NCBI RefSeq assembly: GCF_004010195.1
Contig: NC_057723.1
Location: 17,050,387 to 17,114,386, forward strand
Source: Chiloscyllium plagiosum
Taxonomy: Eukaryota
DNA: 64,000 bases
Direction of reading: 5' to 3'
The translations under genes and the position numbers were made by a program. Of the stretch, positions 1-10,257 are shown in pieces. The notes beneath the pieces were generated by a model. That model was given only the letters and a program-made list of their open reading frames with translations. It was not told the origin of the DNA and ran no database searches. Within the stretch, counting starts at the first letter, position 1. Each line of letters opens with the position of its first letter.

Positions 1-1296
1 TATAGTTGTCTTTCTTGACTTCTCTTGTTCTAACTTTCCCTTCAATTTCCTTTTTAAACATCCAGTTTGTCCCCTCCCCCCCGCTACTTAGTTTAAATGT
101 AGCGGTGCTGCAGTGGAAAACCTGCCTGCCAGAATGCTGGTCCCTAACCTATTAAGGTGCAAACCGTCTCTCTTGTAGAATTTATGTTTACCACAAAATA
201 TACCCCAGTGATCCACGAACTTAAATCCTTGCTTCCTGCACCAGTTCCCCAACCACACGTTCAAGTCCATTATCTCCCTGTTTCTGGCCACACCAGCACG
301 AGGAACTGGAAGCAAACCGGAGATAACCACCTTGGACATCCTGCTTTTCAGCCTTCTTCCCAGTTCTCCGAAGTCCCTCTGTAGTTTGTTCCTCGTCTTC
401 TTCCCGACATCATTTGTGCCGACATGTACCACCACCTCTGGCTCTTCACCCTCGTCCTTGAGGATTTCCTGCACTCTGTCCGCGATGTCTTTCACCCTGG
501 CACCAGGAAGGCAAAACACCATCCTTAAATCCCGTCTGCTGCCACAAAAACCCCGGTCAGTTCCTCTCACGATGGAGTCCCCTATTACCACGGCTCTGTG
601 CGATGTCCGACTCTTCCGCTCTGCCTCTGCGCCAACCTTTGATTGACAGACCTGGCCGCCTTGCGAACTGGCAGTGTCATCAGTCTCTACTGTTTCCAAA
701 AGCTTCAACTTGTTCCTGTCAGGTATTTCTCCCGGGGTCTCTTGCACCTGTCTCCTCTCTGCCTTCCTCATCGTCTGCTGTCTTCTGCTCTCTTCTGGTA
801 TGATCGGTGTAATAACCTCGCTGAAGATCTTGTCCGGAAAGATCTCGTTCTCTCGGATGAGCCTAAGGTCCTCGAGTTCTTTCATCAGCGCTGCAATATG
901 CTCGGTCAATAGCTGAATGTGCACACACTTTCCCCACACATATACGAGCCAGACACACCAGAGTCGTTGACCTCCCACATCAAGCACGTAGCGCACTGAA
1001 CCAGCTGGGCAGTCATGTCTTCACCCTCTTCAACTGTGGTGTAATCACTTCACTCAAACTTCTTGTCAAAGATTCCTGAGCTGAAGCCTCACTCTTTGAA
1101 CCAAACTTCCTTAGACCCTCTTTGTGGCAAGTCTGTGGACTCTTAATTTAGGTTAGAGGAGGAGGGAGGGAGGGAGACCCTACTTTGTAGGACCTGGGGT
1201 TTAGAACTCACCCACTCTAATAGCAATCACTTACCTTCCCGACCGGCTTTGCACTCCGCCTGAACTTCCGCCCAGCTCCCGCCGCTCTCTGCTGCG
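1..1296 (-). mobile_element. 5' portion of a young CR1-clade LINE (5'UTR + ORF1; ORF2 lies off the left edge)
   Basis: CpG-rich, low-decay segment encoding an SGNH-esterase ORF1; GC-rich 5' end near 1296 abuts an older CR1 fragment. Confidence 0.88.
88..1016 (-). pseudogene. CR1 ORF1 protein: N-terminal Cys zinc-finger, coiled coil, SGNH/GDSL esterase; one frameshift at ~930-935
   Basis: ATG at 1016 gives MTAQLVQCATCLMWE..YMCG, which continues in the 88..996 ORF frame as KCVHIQLL; SGNH blocks VVIGDSIVRG, CLPGARVKD, VHVGTNDVG and DGLHLN are intact. Confidence 0.88.
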
Positions 1297-1760
1297 AAAT
1301 TGTCTGTATCTCTCTCACAAATTTCCTTTGCACTTATTATTGTGCTGTCTGCAGATTTGGCTACATGCATTCCTTCTTTCATCCAGTCATTAATATGTTC
1401 TGTAAACATTTGCAGTCACAGCATAGATCTTGTGAATTCTCACTGATTACAGGTTGCTGATCCTTCAACTAAGGTGAACAGCTGCTTTCTGTCAAACCTG
1501 GCAATGCCCTTCATAATGTTAAATTCCTCTAATTGGCAACTTCCCCATCAAACCCCCTCTGCTCTAAAGAAAATGGCCCGAGCTTATCTGGCCTCTCTTC
1601 TGAGCTGAAATGCTCCATCCCTGGTAACATCTCCTGATGAGTCTCCTCTGCACACCCTACAATGGGGTGATTAGGATGCAACACTGTACTCCAACTGTGG
1701 CCAATCACAAGTTCTGTACAGCTCCAACATAACACCCATGCTCTTATAATCTATGTCTCA
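1297..1760 (-). mobile_element. Old CR1 RT fragments
   Basis: Decayed AKSADSTII (FADDTK-like) and LPGMEHFSSEERPDKLGPFSLEQR (CR1 C-terminus). Confidence 0.7.
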
Positions 1761-3119
1761 TCACACATCGACTCAACACATTTTGCATTTCACACTACTG
1801 GGCTACAATACCCAACCTGAGTGGAGATGGCTAATAACTTAAATGGCCAGTTGCCTCTGTCAACCATGTATGCACAAAATGCCAGGAGCCTCCATCCCCG
1901 CTGATATGCAAATGGGCAGTGTTCAGTGTGGAATCTCGACCTATGATTTCCAGACATGTCTGCCATTTTTGCCACAATGGAAATTGGGGCCACTCAAATG
2001 ATTCACACTTTACTCATTTTTAATGTTTCATGCAAATAGTGGGCTGCCTTGGTCGGTTAAAGCAACTCATAAAATTCTCGACAAATTATTTTTATTTGAA
2101 AGATTTATGGTCAGTTTCTGTTCTCTGCAATCAGTCAGTGTTATTTCATTCATAGTATTCTTTCTGCCAATTGACATGTCTGTTAAATTGATTGTCTATT
2201 CATTGTGTCAAAAGCATTAAAGCAACTGGGTCACCTTATTTGCAAACATATTGCAATTTTTTTTTGAAGAAAAAGAATTGCTTCAAGTGGAGAATTTGGC
2301 CTGGTACAAAATGTTTCCTAAATCAACTTCATTGCAGTAATTTGCATAATGCAGCACATGTTTATGTACTGACCCTGTTGCAACCTTTGTTGTTTAACTG
2401 GTCTGCACAAGTACTGAATCAGCCATTTCAGAGAAGTGTGTGAGATATTTCTCCCAGTGAGGTCAGCAAGAAGCAGAAAAAGAACTTTGTATTTTCAGTA
2501 CATTGATGTATTCAGAAAGGTATTGGATGATTGGATTGTGCAAGGATATAGGAAAAAGGCAGGAGATAATACAGCCAGTGCACATATGATGGGCTGAATG
2601 GTCTCCTTCTGCAATTCTGTGAGTCTGTGAAGATAGGGCTGGCTGATGATCTGTTGCATTCAGCTTCAAGTGTCAGACCCATTTGAGCATCTGGTGTGAG
2701 ACAAGGTATGGAAACATTGTGATGATTTTGGCTGGGCTCCTGCCCTATAATTGTAGTCATATCAACAATATAAAGAAAATATGTTATAAATCAATTCAAA
2801 TGTTTGCAACACTTAAAACAAAAATGGCAATGCCACGGTGAGGGTTGACAAGAGATTTTGCTAGGGTAGTACTTGACATGAGAGCGATTTAGAAAGGCTA
2901 GAGAAGCTTCAAAAGGAGATGGTTAATAGAGGGTTTAACAAAGGTGTTCAAAAGTGTGGAAGAATAGAAAGGAGAAACTATATTCACAAGAGAGAGGGAT
3001 GCTAACCGAAGGATACAATTGGTGAAAAGGTGGGAGATGATAATCAGCAAGTTATGATCTGAAATAAGAATAGTAGAAGCGTATCGTATACACTTCTTGT
3101 AATATCGAGAAATGGGTAA

Positions 3120-3490
3120 AATCACTGGATGCTGCAAAGGCCATTGGTACTGATACCATTCCGGCAATAGTTTTGATGCCTTGTGCTCCAGAACTAGCCA
3201 TAATCCTAGCCAAGCTGTTTCACTTTAACCATAACCCTGGTATCTGATACCAGTATGGAAAATTGCCCATGTACGTCTTATCCACAGAAATCAGGAAGAA
3301 TAACACTTGGTCAATTACCATAGATCAGTCTATTCTTAACTGTTAGGAAAGTGACAGAAGGTATCATCAACAGTGATATCAAGCTGCACTTAATCAGCAA
3401 TAACCTGCTTACTGATACCTAGTGTGAGCTCTGCCAGAGCCACTCAGCTACAAGCCACGTTATAGCTTTCCTCCACACATTGATGGAAGA
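3120..3490 (+). mobile_element. CR1-clade LINE RT N-terminal fragment
   Basis: Reads as AKAIGTDTIPAIVLMPCAPELAIILAKLF, similar to the KAxGPDxIP..L..CA.EL motif. Confidence 0.7.
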
Positions 3491-3504
3491 GTAGAGTAGA
3501 CTAA

Positions 3505-3715
3505 CTTCATTTGTCACTTCTACCATATACAGCTGGTACAATAAAAACGAGACAGCGTTCCTCCAGGAACAAGATGCTACATGAACATACAGATGACACG
3601 AGAGTACCGTCGTACACAGGGCAGCATAAAGTGCATAGAAAAGTGCAAAACATGCAAGACAGCACAGTCACTCCTGATAAGACAAGGCAATAGGCACAGT
3701 GGTAGTCAAGAGAAA
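3505..3715 (-). mobile_element. Probable Rex1/Babar-type LINE 3'UTR fragment
   Basis: Minus strand ends ...gtgacaaatgaa, resembling the GTGACAATAAA 3' ends of the Rex1-like copies at 49755 and 62048. Confidence 0.4.
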
Positions 3716-3717
3716 TT

Positions 3718-3874
3718 TTAAAAATCATATAACATCAGTTTATAGTCCAACAGGTTTAGTTGGAAGTACAAGCTTTTGAAGCGCTGCATCTTCGTCAGAT
3801 AGCTAGTGGGGCAGGATCATACAACACAGAATTTATAGTAAAAGATCTAAGTATTGTACAACTGATGTGATGTA
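3718..3874 (-). mobile_element. Penelope family-B 3'/pLTR fragment (decayed hammerhead)
   Basis: tatagtccaacaggttt..tggaagtacaagctttt..gcgctgc, shared with copies at 7577, 47710, 50799 and 58749. Confidence 0.7.
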
Positions 3875-3946
3875 GAGAATAACCTCGGTTATTTGAACAT
3901 CAGTTATCCGAATATCGGATTATCTGAACAAGATCTCAAGGTCCCT
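3875..3946. mobile_element. Tigger/pogo-like MITE terminal region (one end only)
   Basis: Follows a TA; aacctcggttatttgaac..ttatccgaatatcggattatctgaac has internally repeated ttatccgaa motifs typical of Tigger-like TIR regions. Confidence 0.55.
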
Positions 3947-4536
3947 CTACATGCATTTCAATTGAAGTTCGAAATTTCTATTCTGCTTCCATTTAATGCA
4001 TCATTTTGTAAATTTGAACAGGAATATAGATCCAAGTATGCTTTAATAAATGATTAACTTCAAATATATGCTCAAGATGTGATGTCAGTGTTAAGTCTTA
4101 CACTTTTTATAAAAAAGGCTCTCCAATACTTAGTCTCCTCGAGGAGAAAGACTTGTGACTGTGAACACACAAGAACAACATATGTGCAAGCTTGAGCTGT
4201 GCGATTGAACAGCAAGATTCCGTCTCAACATTGACTCGCTCCATTTTGCAAACCCAACAATATTTTTCCTCAGTTCATTCCCCAGAGAGTTAATTTCAAA
4301 AACGCGCTCGCACTTTACATTTCCATTGCTTTTTGGACGGTGGGACGACACTGAACAGAAAGATACCAGCTGCTGTTGAGGACCGGGATAAAACCGAGAA
4401 AAACGCCAGCGACAACTTTCACAGACTTCAGTCAAACTCTAGCCAAAAAGTGATTCTGTTCATAAAATATCATGAATTTTTAAACAATATCCAGTGTTTG
4501 TACACATTTTATTGATTGAATGAAATAAAAGATGGA

Positions 4537-4900
4537 AATGTGTTGCTGGAGAAGCGCAGCAGGTCAGGCAGCATCTAGGGAACAGGAGAATCGACGTTTC
4601 GGGCATTAGCCCTTCTTCAGGAATGAGGAAAGTTTGTCCAGCAGGCTCAGATAAAAGATAGGGAGGAGGGACTTGGGGGAGGGGCGTCGGAAATGTGATA
4701 GGTGGAAAAAGGACAAGGTGAGGGTGATAGGACAGATTGGGCTGGGGGCGGAGAGGTCGGGAAGAAGATTGCAGGTTAGGGAGGCGGTGCTGAATTTGAT
4801 GGATTTGACTGAGACAGGCTGGGGGGAGGGGAAATGAGGAAACTGGTGAAATCCGAGTTCATCCCTTGTGGTTGGAGGATTCCTAGCCGGAAGATGAGGC
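4537..4900 (-). mobile_element. Young Penelope family-A 3' end with pLTR and hammerhead core; runs into the gap
   Basis: Peptide LIFRLGILQPQGMNSDF (GIY-YIG C-terminus), same family as 34450 and 40106; CpGs retained. Confidence 0.85.
4593..4620 (-). ncRNA. Minimal type-I hammerhead ribozyme core in a Penelope pLTR
   Basis: Minus strand CTGAAGA-A-GGGC-TAAT-GCCC-GAAA-CGTC: CUGANGA and GAAA boxes, 4-bp stem II, palindromic ACGT stem III, GUC triplet. Confidence 0.7.
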
Positions 4901-5674
4901 NNNNNNNNNNNNNNNNNNNNNNNNNNNNNNNNNNNNNNNNNNNNNNNNNNNNNNNNNNNNNNNNNNNNNNNNNNNNNNNNNNNNNNNNNNNNNNNNNNNN
5001 NNNNNNNNNNNNNNNNNNNNNNNNNNNNNNNNNNNNNNNNNNNNNNNNNNNNNNNNNNNNNNNNNNNNNNNNNNNNNNNNNNNNNNNNNNNNNNNNNNNN
5101 NNNNNNNNNNNNNNNNNNNNNNNNNNNNNNNNNNNNNNNNNNNNNNNNNNNNNNNNNNNNNNNNNNNNNNNNNNNNNNNNNNNNNNNNNNNNNNNNNNNN
5201 NNNNNNNNNNNNNNNNNNNNNNNNNNNNNNNNNNNNNNNNNNNNNNNNNNNNNNNNNNNNNNNNNNNNNNNNNNNNNNNNNNNNNNNNNNNNNNNNNNNN
5301 NNNNNNNNNNNNNNNNNNNNNNNNNNNNNNNNNNNNNNNNNNNNNNNNNNNNNNNNNNNNNNNNNNNNNNNNNNNNNNNNNNNNNNNNNNNNNNNNNNNN
5401 NNNNNNNNNNNNNNNNNNNNNNNNNNNNNNNNNNNNNNNNNNNNNNNNNNNNNNNNNNNNNNNNNNNNNNNNNNNNNNNNNNNNNNNNNNNNNNNNNNNN
5501 NNNNNNNNNNNNNNNNNNNNNNNNNNNNNNNNNNNNNNNNNNNNNNNNNNNNNNNNNNNNNNNNNNNNNNNNNNNNNNNNNNNNNNNNNNNNNNNNNNNN
5601 NNNNNNNNNNNNNNNNNNNNNNNNNNNNNNNNNNNNNNNNNNNNNNNNNNNNNNNNNNNNNNNNNNNNNNNNNN
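4901..5674. other. Assembly gap (774 N)
   Basis: N run. Confidence 1.
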
Positions 5675-7229
5675 TTTTTTTTTGTTTGGATGAAATGTGG
5701 ATAATATTGGATAATAAATAAAGTTCAAAATCAGCTGGGACTAAATTAACCAAAGGTGCATTTACCAAGATTGAATCTTTGCCTGATGCTATAAATGTAA
5801 TAAAATTTTACTGGGCCAGATTGATCAGAGTGACAAGCAGTAAAGCTGACTTCAATTCTTTTCTGCTAGTTATAGCCTACCCACTTAAGGGAAGGGATCA
5901 GCATTCAAAGCCAGTTCTTTTAGATCAGCAAAGCTGCCAGTCCTTCCGCCTTCTACCCCACCACGGCAATCCCACCTCTGAGTCTAAATCTTGGTAGAAT
6001 GAAAACAGGATTGAGATCATGGTTGCAAATGATCCTTAGTTGCTGAAAAATTCATTGAACACTTTAATAACTAAAGTCTTCACAGATTACGGCACTAGAA
6101 ATAAGTGAAATTATTGTATGATGGAAGTAGAGTGAATGGCCAGGAATATCATGGGCAGCATATTAATAATTTGCAATGGCCATTTGTACTGAATGGTGTG
6201 TGTGCAGACCTGCAATGGACTGGACATCACCATTTCCTTATTCTTACATTTGCACTTCAGAAATGCACTTCAGAAATATACATATAACTCTCAAAGGATC
6301 AAAATGTTTGGAACAAGGTATGGCTGGGTACTGACTACGAAAGAGGCAAAGGAAGGGACAACGTTTCTGTACAAAATGACAATTTGCAAAAATGAACTAG
6401 CTTATTCTCTGGTGGCAGGACGAATTCTCTCAGGATTTCTGTTGTAAAGTTAGCTTAATTTCCGCACTGACACACTGATATCTGCAAAGTTTGGTGCAGA
6501 TCATATTCTTTCATCCTCATGAGCGTTGTCACTCCCAGGGAAGTAGGATTAAGCTAAGAATTGCCTCTGCTTCCCCCATTTAAATTTGTTTCACCCTATA
6601 TTACCTTAAAAAAATGCAACATCTAAAAGAACTTTTCAAATCAAATCAACTTCTAAGCTGTTAGCTCAACGATTGTATGTCCATCAGCTTCCACGATTAA
6701 GGAAACTATTATGTGCATCTTGGCTAACATGCTCAAACATGGTGGACTTTGTTCCTCCTTAATTTAGCAGTAGACATAGCTCAGAAATGCTCAGTGTTAG
6801 AAAAACATCGAAACTTTCAAAATGGTACACGATGGTCCAAAGATTGTCATTCCTGGAAGGGATCATGTTTACCAACATGGTAATATCAGGGAAATGTGAA
6901 TGTCTATGAAGTCTTTGTGGTTTCACAGCAAGGCTGGTCTAGGGAATGCCTCACATTTGCCTTGAGTCAGGATGGCTTAGTCATGGGGTTCAGTAACCAG
7001 TGCACTAATTGTTTCTTAGTGAACTTCACAGCAGAAAATGTACTTCGACCCCTATATAAAATGGGCTCCATGAAATCAAATGGTTTATTATATAAAATAT
7101 TTTACAAAAAGAGTACTCTTAGATGATAGATACTGCTGGTCAATTTGAGACAGCTTTATAGCATTAGGCACATTCTCTACAGAGTTTAAACAGAAACGAC
7201 AAGTTATATTGGCATAATTTTTGGCAAAT

Positions 7230-7570
7230 TAAAACATCTCATGGAGCTTCACAGAAGCATTATGAACCAAAGTTAAATACCAAGTATCATATGATATTAG
7301 GGTAAATGGCTGAAGGTTTGATCAAAGAAGCAGGTTTATAAATGAAGAAAGAAACAAGCAAATAAGTCTGCAAGCTTTAGGGAGGCAACTCCAGAGCTTA
7401 GGCCTTGGCAGATGGACATTGTCACCAGTGATGGAACTATTAAATGCAAGACGCTGAAATTAGATAAACATAGATTTCCAGGAGGGTTTTGGGGGATGGA
7501 GGAGATTACAAAGATAGCAAAGAGCAAGGGCATGAAGGGATTTCAAAACAGGAATGAGAATTTTATTATT
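7230..7570 (-). mobile_element. Old L2-like LINE 3' fragment (mirrored at ~11106-11446)
   Basis: ggaggcaactccagagcttaggccttggcag motif recognised as an L2 C-terminal segment. Confidence 0.5.
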
Positions 7571-7576
7571 GTGCTT

Positions 7577-7660
7577 CACCTGATGAAGGAGCAGCGCTCC
7601 AAAAGCTAGTGCTTCCAATTAAACCTGTTGGACTATAACCTGGTGTTGTGTGATTTTTAG
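7577..7660 (+). mobile_element. Penelope family-B pLTR unit with mutated hammerhead (mirrored at 11016-11099)
   Basis: CAC-CTGATGA-A-GGAGC-AGC-GCTCC-AAAA-GCTA-GTG; GAAA box mutated to AAAA. Confidence 0.75.
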
Positions 7661-8418
7661 CTCAGTCAAAAGAAGTACATTTAAAGTTCTGTGAATTGAG
7701 AGTCACATTGATCCAACCTATGTGTTAGGCTAGCGTGGTAGAGCAAGATTATACCCTGAAGAATACAACATAGCAAGATGTCAATCATGGATACAAAGTC
7801 AGGGAATGAAGGTAACGGTGAATTCTGAGTGAGGCAGATTCACTGTGGATTACTGTCTCACAGATGATTAGTGGCTCATTCCAGATAGCAGAAGCCTGCT
7901 ATTACTGTTCGCGCCCGCCCTCCACTTCCTCTCAACCACAGAGTGGTTGAGGTCTGGAAGTGACAAATAATAAGGAGAGACAACAAAACTAAACATCAGA
8001 AAAAGTGAAGAAATGAACCTGTTTGGTTTACAGATTAAACGTTGCTCTGTCTAAATAACAGCTGAAGAATTAAATCTATACTTTTCTTAAACAAACTCTT
8101 AGATTAGTCAAGAAATTCCAATGCATGATTTGACACTTTGCAATCTGGCTGCAAATTATACTGAGATCTATATTTAAGTGATAACTTCTTTTAGCCAAGA
8201 GTCAGCAAGGCAATTGATAGGTTCCGTGAAACATCACGGTGATTTATCAAAGACTGGGAACATATTGCTTGCCAAGGACACTGCAGACAAATGCTTTGGC
8301 TGGGACACTAACTTTATTTATTAAAGTGAATTGTTAAAATTAATCTCAGAGTTCATCATAAAAGCATACAGAACAAATAGGCAGTTCAGTCGATAGTGTC
8401 TGTTTTAGTTCTTCAAAA

Positions 8419-8561
8419 GGCAGCAAGGTGGCTTAGTGGTTAACACTGCTACCTCACAGCACCAGGGACCTGTGTTCAATTCCAACCTCAGGTGACTGTG
8501 TGGAGCTTGTACATTCTTCCCGTGTCTGTGTGGGTGTGCTCCAGTTTCCTCCCACAATCCA
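8419..8561 (+). mobile_element. HE1 (V-SINE) 5' half, truncated at the inner arm boundary
   Basis: tRNA-like head ggtggcttagtggttaacactgct, B-box gttcaattcc and V-domain start. Confidence 0.85.
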
Positions 8562-8769
8562 CAATCCCACAATGTTTGAGAGAGGGTCTGCGTGAGTGTG
8601 ATTGTGTGTGTGCACATGTGTGTGTTTGTGTATGTGTGTATGTGTAGTATAGTGGGGTCATAGGACACAGAATTTATAGTAAACAAATCAAAGTGTCATG
8701 CAACTGATGCCATGTATTGATCAAACCTAGAATGCTGTTAAGTCTTTAATCACTTAGAATAGGTTGCAA

Positions 8770-9560
8770 ATGGCAGTGACTGCTCTTGATACCAAGGCAT
8801 GAAATTAACATCTAGAAGAATCAAAGTGCTCTAGCAATACTGAAGGCAATGGGATTGGGGGATTTCTTCACTGATTAGAACTATATGAAGCACAGGGGAA
8901 GATGATTGTGTTTGTTGAAGGTCAATTATTTCAGCCAAAGAGCATCACTGTAGAAATTTCTCTACCTGGTGAATTGGATAATCCATAGAAGTACTGTAGC
9001 TAGAACAGCAGGTGAAGCAAAGAATTCAATATTGAGTAACTGTCTCTCTACTGCTGACAACCACCCAAAGGGCACAATGCTAGAAATGTGGTGAAATACC
9101 CACCCAGTCTAAATGGCTGCAGCTTTAACAAAGCTCAAGAGATTCAGAACCATCCAGAATAGAGTGTCACATTTTAGTGGCACCCTATCTACCACCATCT
9201 ATATTTCCTCTCTTCACCTCTGATGCACATTGGCGGCAGTGTGTAACATTTATATGATGCCCTGTAATAACTCACCAAGCCTATTTTGACTGCACTTTCC
9301 AAACTCACAACTTCCACTAACTCAAAGAACAAGAGCTGCAAATGCATTAGAACATCACCAACTACAAGTTCCCCTCCAAGACATACACCACCCTGGTTTG
9401 GAATTATTCTATCATTTCTACACAGCTGCTGGATCAAAATGATGGAAGTCTTCCCTAAAATTACTGTGGGTGTACCCACCCTGTCTGAACAACAGAGGAT
9501 CAAGAAAGCAGGGAATTAGGGATAGACAATGAGTAATGATGTAACCATCCACCATATCAT
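8770..9560 (+). mobile_element. Decayed CR1-clade fragments in the palindrome spacer
   Basis: Similar to the CR1 at 24830-26450 (gaagatgattgt..gttgaaggtca; aagctcaagagattcagaaccatccag). Confidence 0.6.
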
Positions 9561-9939
9561 GTGAACAAATAAGAAGAATATCCCATTTGCTGACACAAAT
9601 GATCCAAGAATGAATGATGGCTGCACATGCTCATTTCTATTTTTTAAACTGTGAATGCCCACATAAATGAAACAGACCCTGATTTATTAAAATTACTTTA
9701 TTTACTTTCTTTTAACCAATATATTTTTCATTTTCCCTAATATTTAGGGCTTTTTAATCAGGTTTTATCACTCTTTACTTGAATATATTTGAAACGCTGC
9801 TGCTACTGATTTTGCTCTCAGCTGTCATCAAACAGAACCTAAAAAAATCAAATAGTAATTACCAAGAGGAAATTGGATCTCTACTTAAAAGGATCAGCTC
9901 TTGGGGTATGAAAAAAAAGCACATAATCAGAGGGAGCAG

Positions 9940-10257
9940 TTAGAGTTAGAATGCCACCTGTGTGGGAACAGTCCCTTCAGCCCAACAAGTCCACACTGAC
10001 CCTCCAAAGAGTATCCCACACAGACCCATTCCCCTAACATTTACCCCTGACTCATGCATCTAACCTATACATGCCATAATTTAGCATGGCCAATTCATCT
10101 GACCTGCACATCTTTGGATTGTGGGAGGAAACTGGAGCACACCCACACAGACACGGGAAGAATGTACAAGCTCCACACAGTCACCTGAGGTTGGAATTGA
10201 ACACAGGTCCCTGGTGCTGTGAGGTAGCAGTGCTAACCACTAAGCCACCTTGCTGCC
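9940..10257 (-). mobile_element. Full-length HE1 (V-SINE) spanning the inner boundary of the right arm
   Basis: Head, V-domain (gatgtgcaggtcagatgaattggccatgctaaatt) and HER1-like tail (ggacttgttgggctgaaggg..(tctaac)n). Confidence 0.88.

Larger units (their letters stand above)
5675..8561 (+). repeat. Left arm of large inverted duplication (2887 bp)
   Basis: Reverse complement of 10115-13536 once the CR1 insert is removed; ORF track shows identical peptides on opposite strands (5779/13214, 6193/12230, 7412/11067, 7336/11143). Confidence 0.98.

Noticed and set aside
926-938. Programmed -1 ribosomal frameshift in CR1 ORF1
   Set aside because: The GGGAAAG heptamer is not in X-XXY-YYZ register with the upstream frame; a mutation or sequencing indel is simpler.
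4776-5768. Long ORFs of 195-337 aa here and at 29682-30761
   Set aside because: Artefacts of N-gaps translated as X.
5779-7609. Duplicated small ORFs as a gene pair
   Set aside because: Short, several with non-ATG starts, no recognisable domain or exon structure; their identity simply reflects the duplication.
8419-8490. tRNA gene (also at 21088)
   Set aside because: tRNA-derived SINE head continuing into the HE1 body; no complete cloverleaf or terminator.
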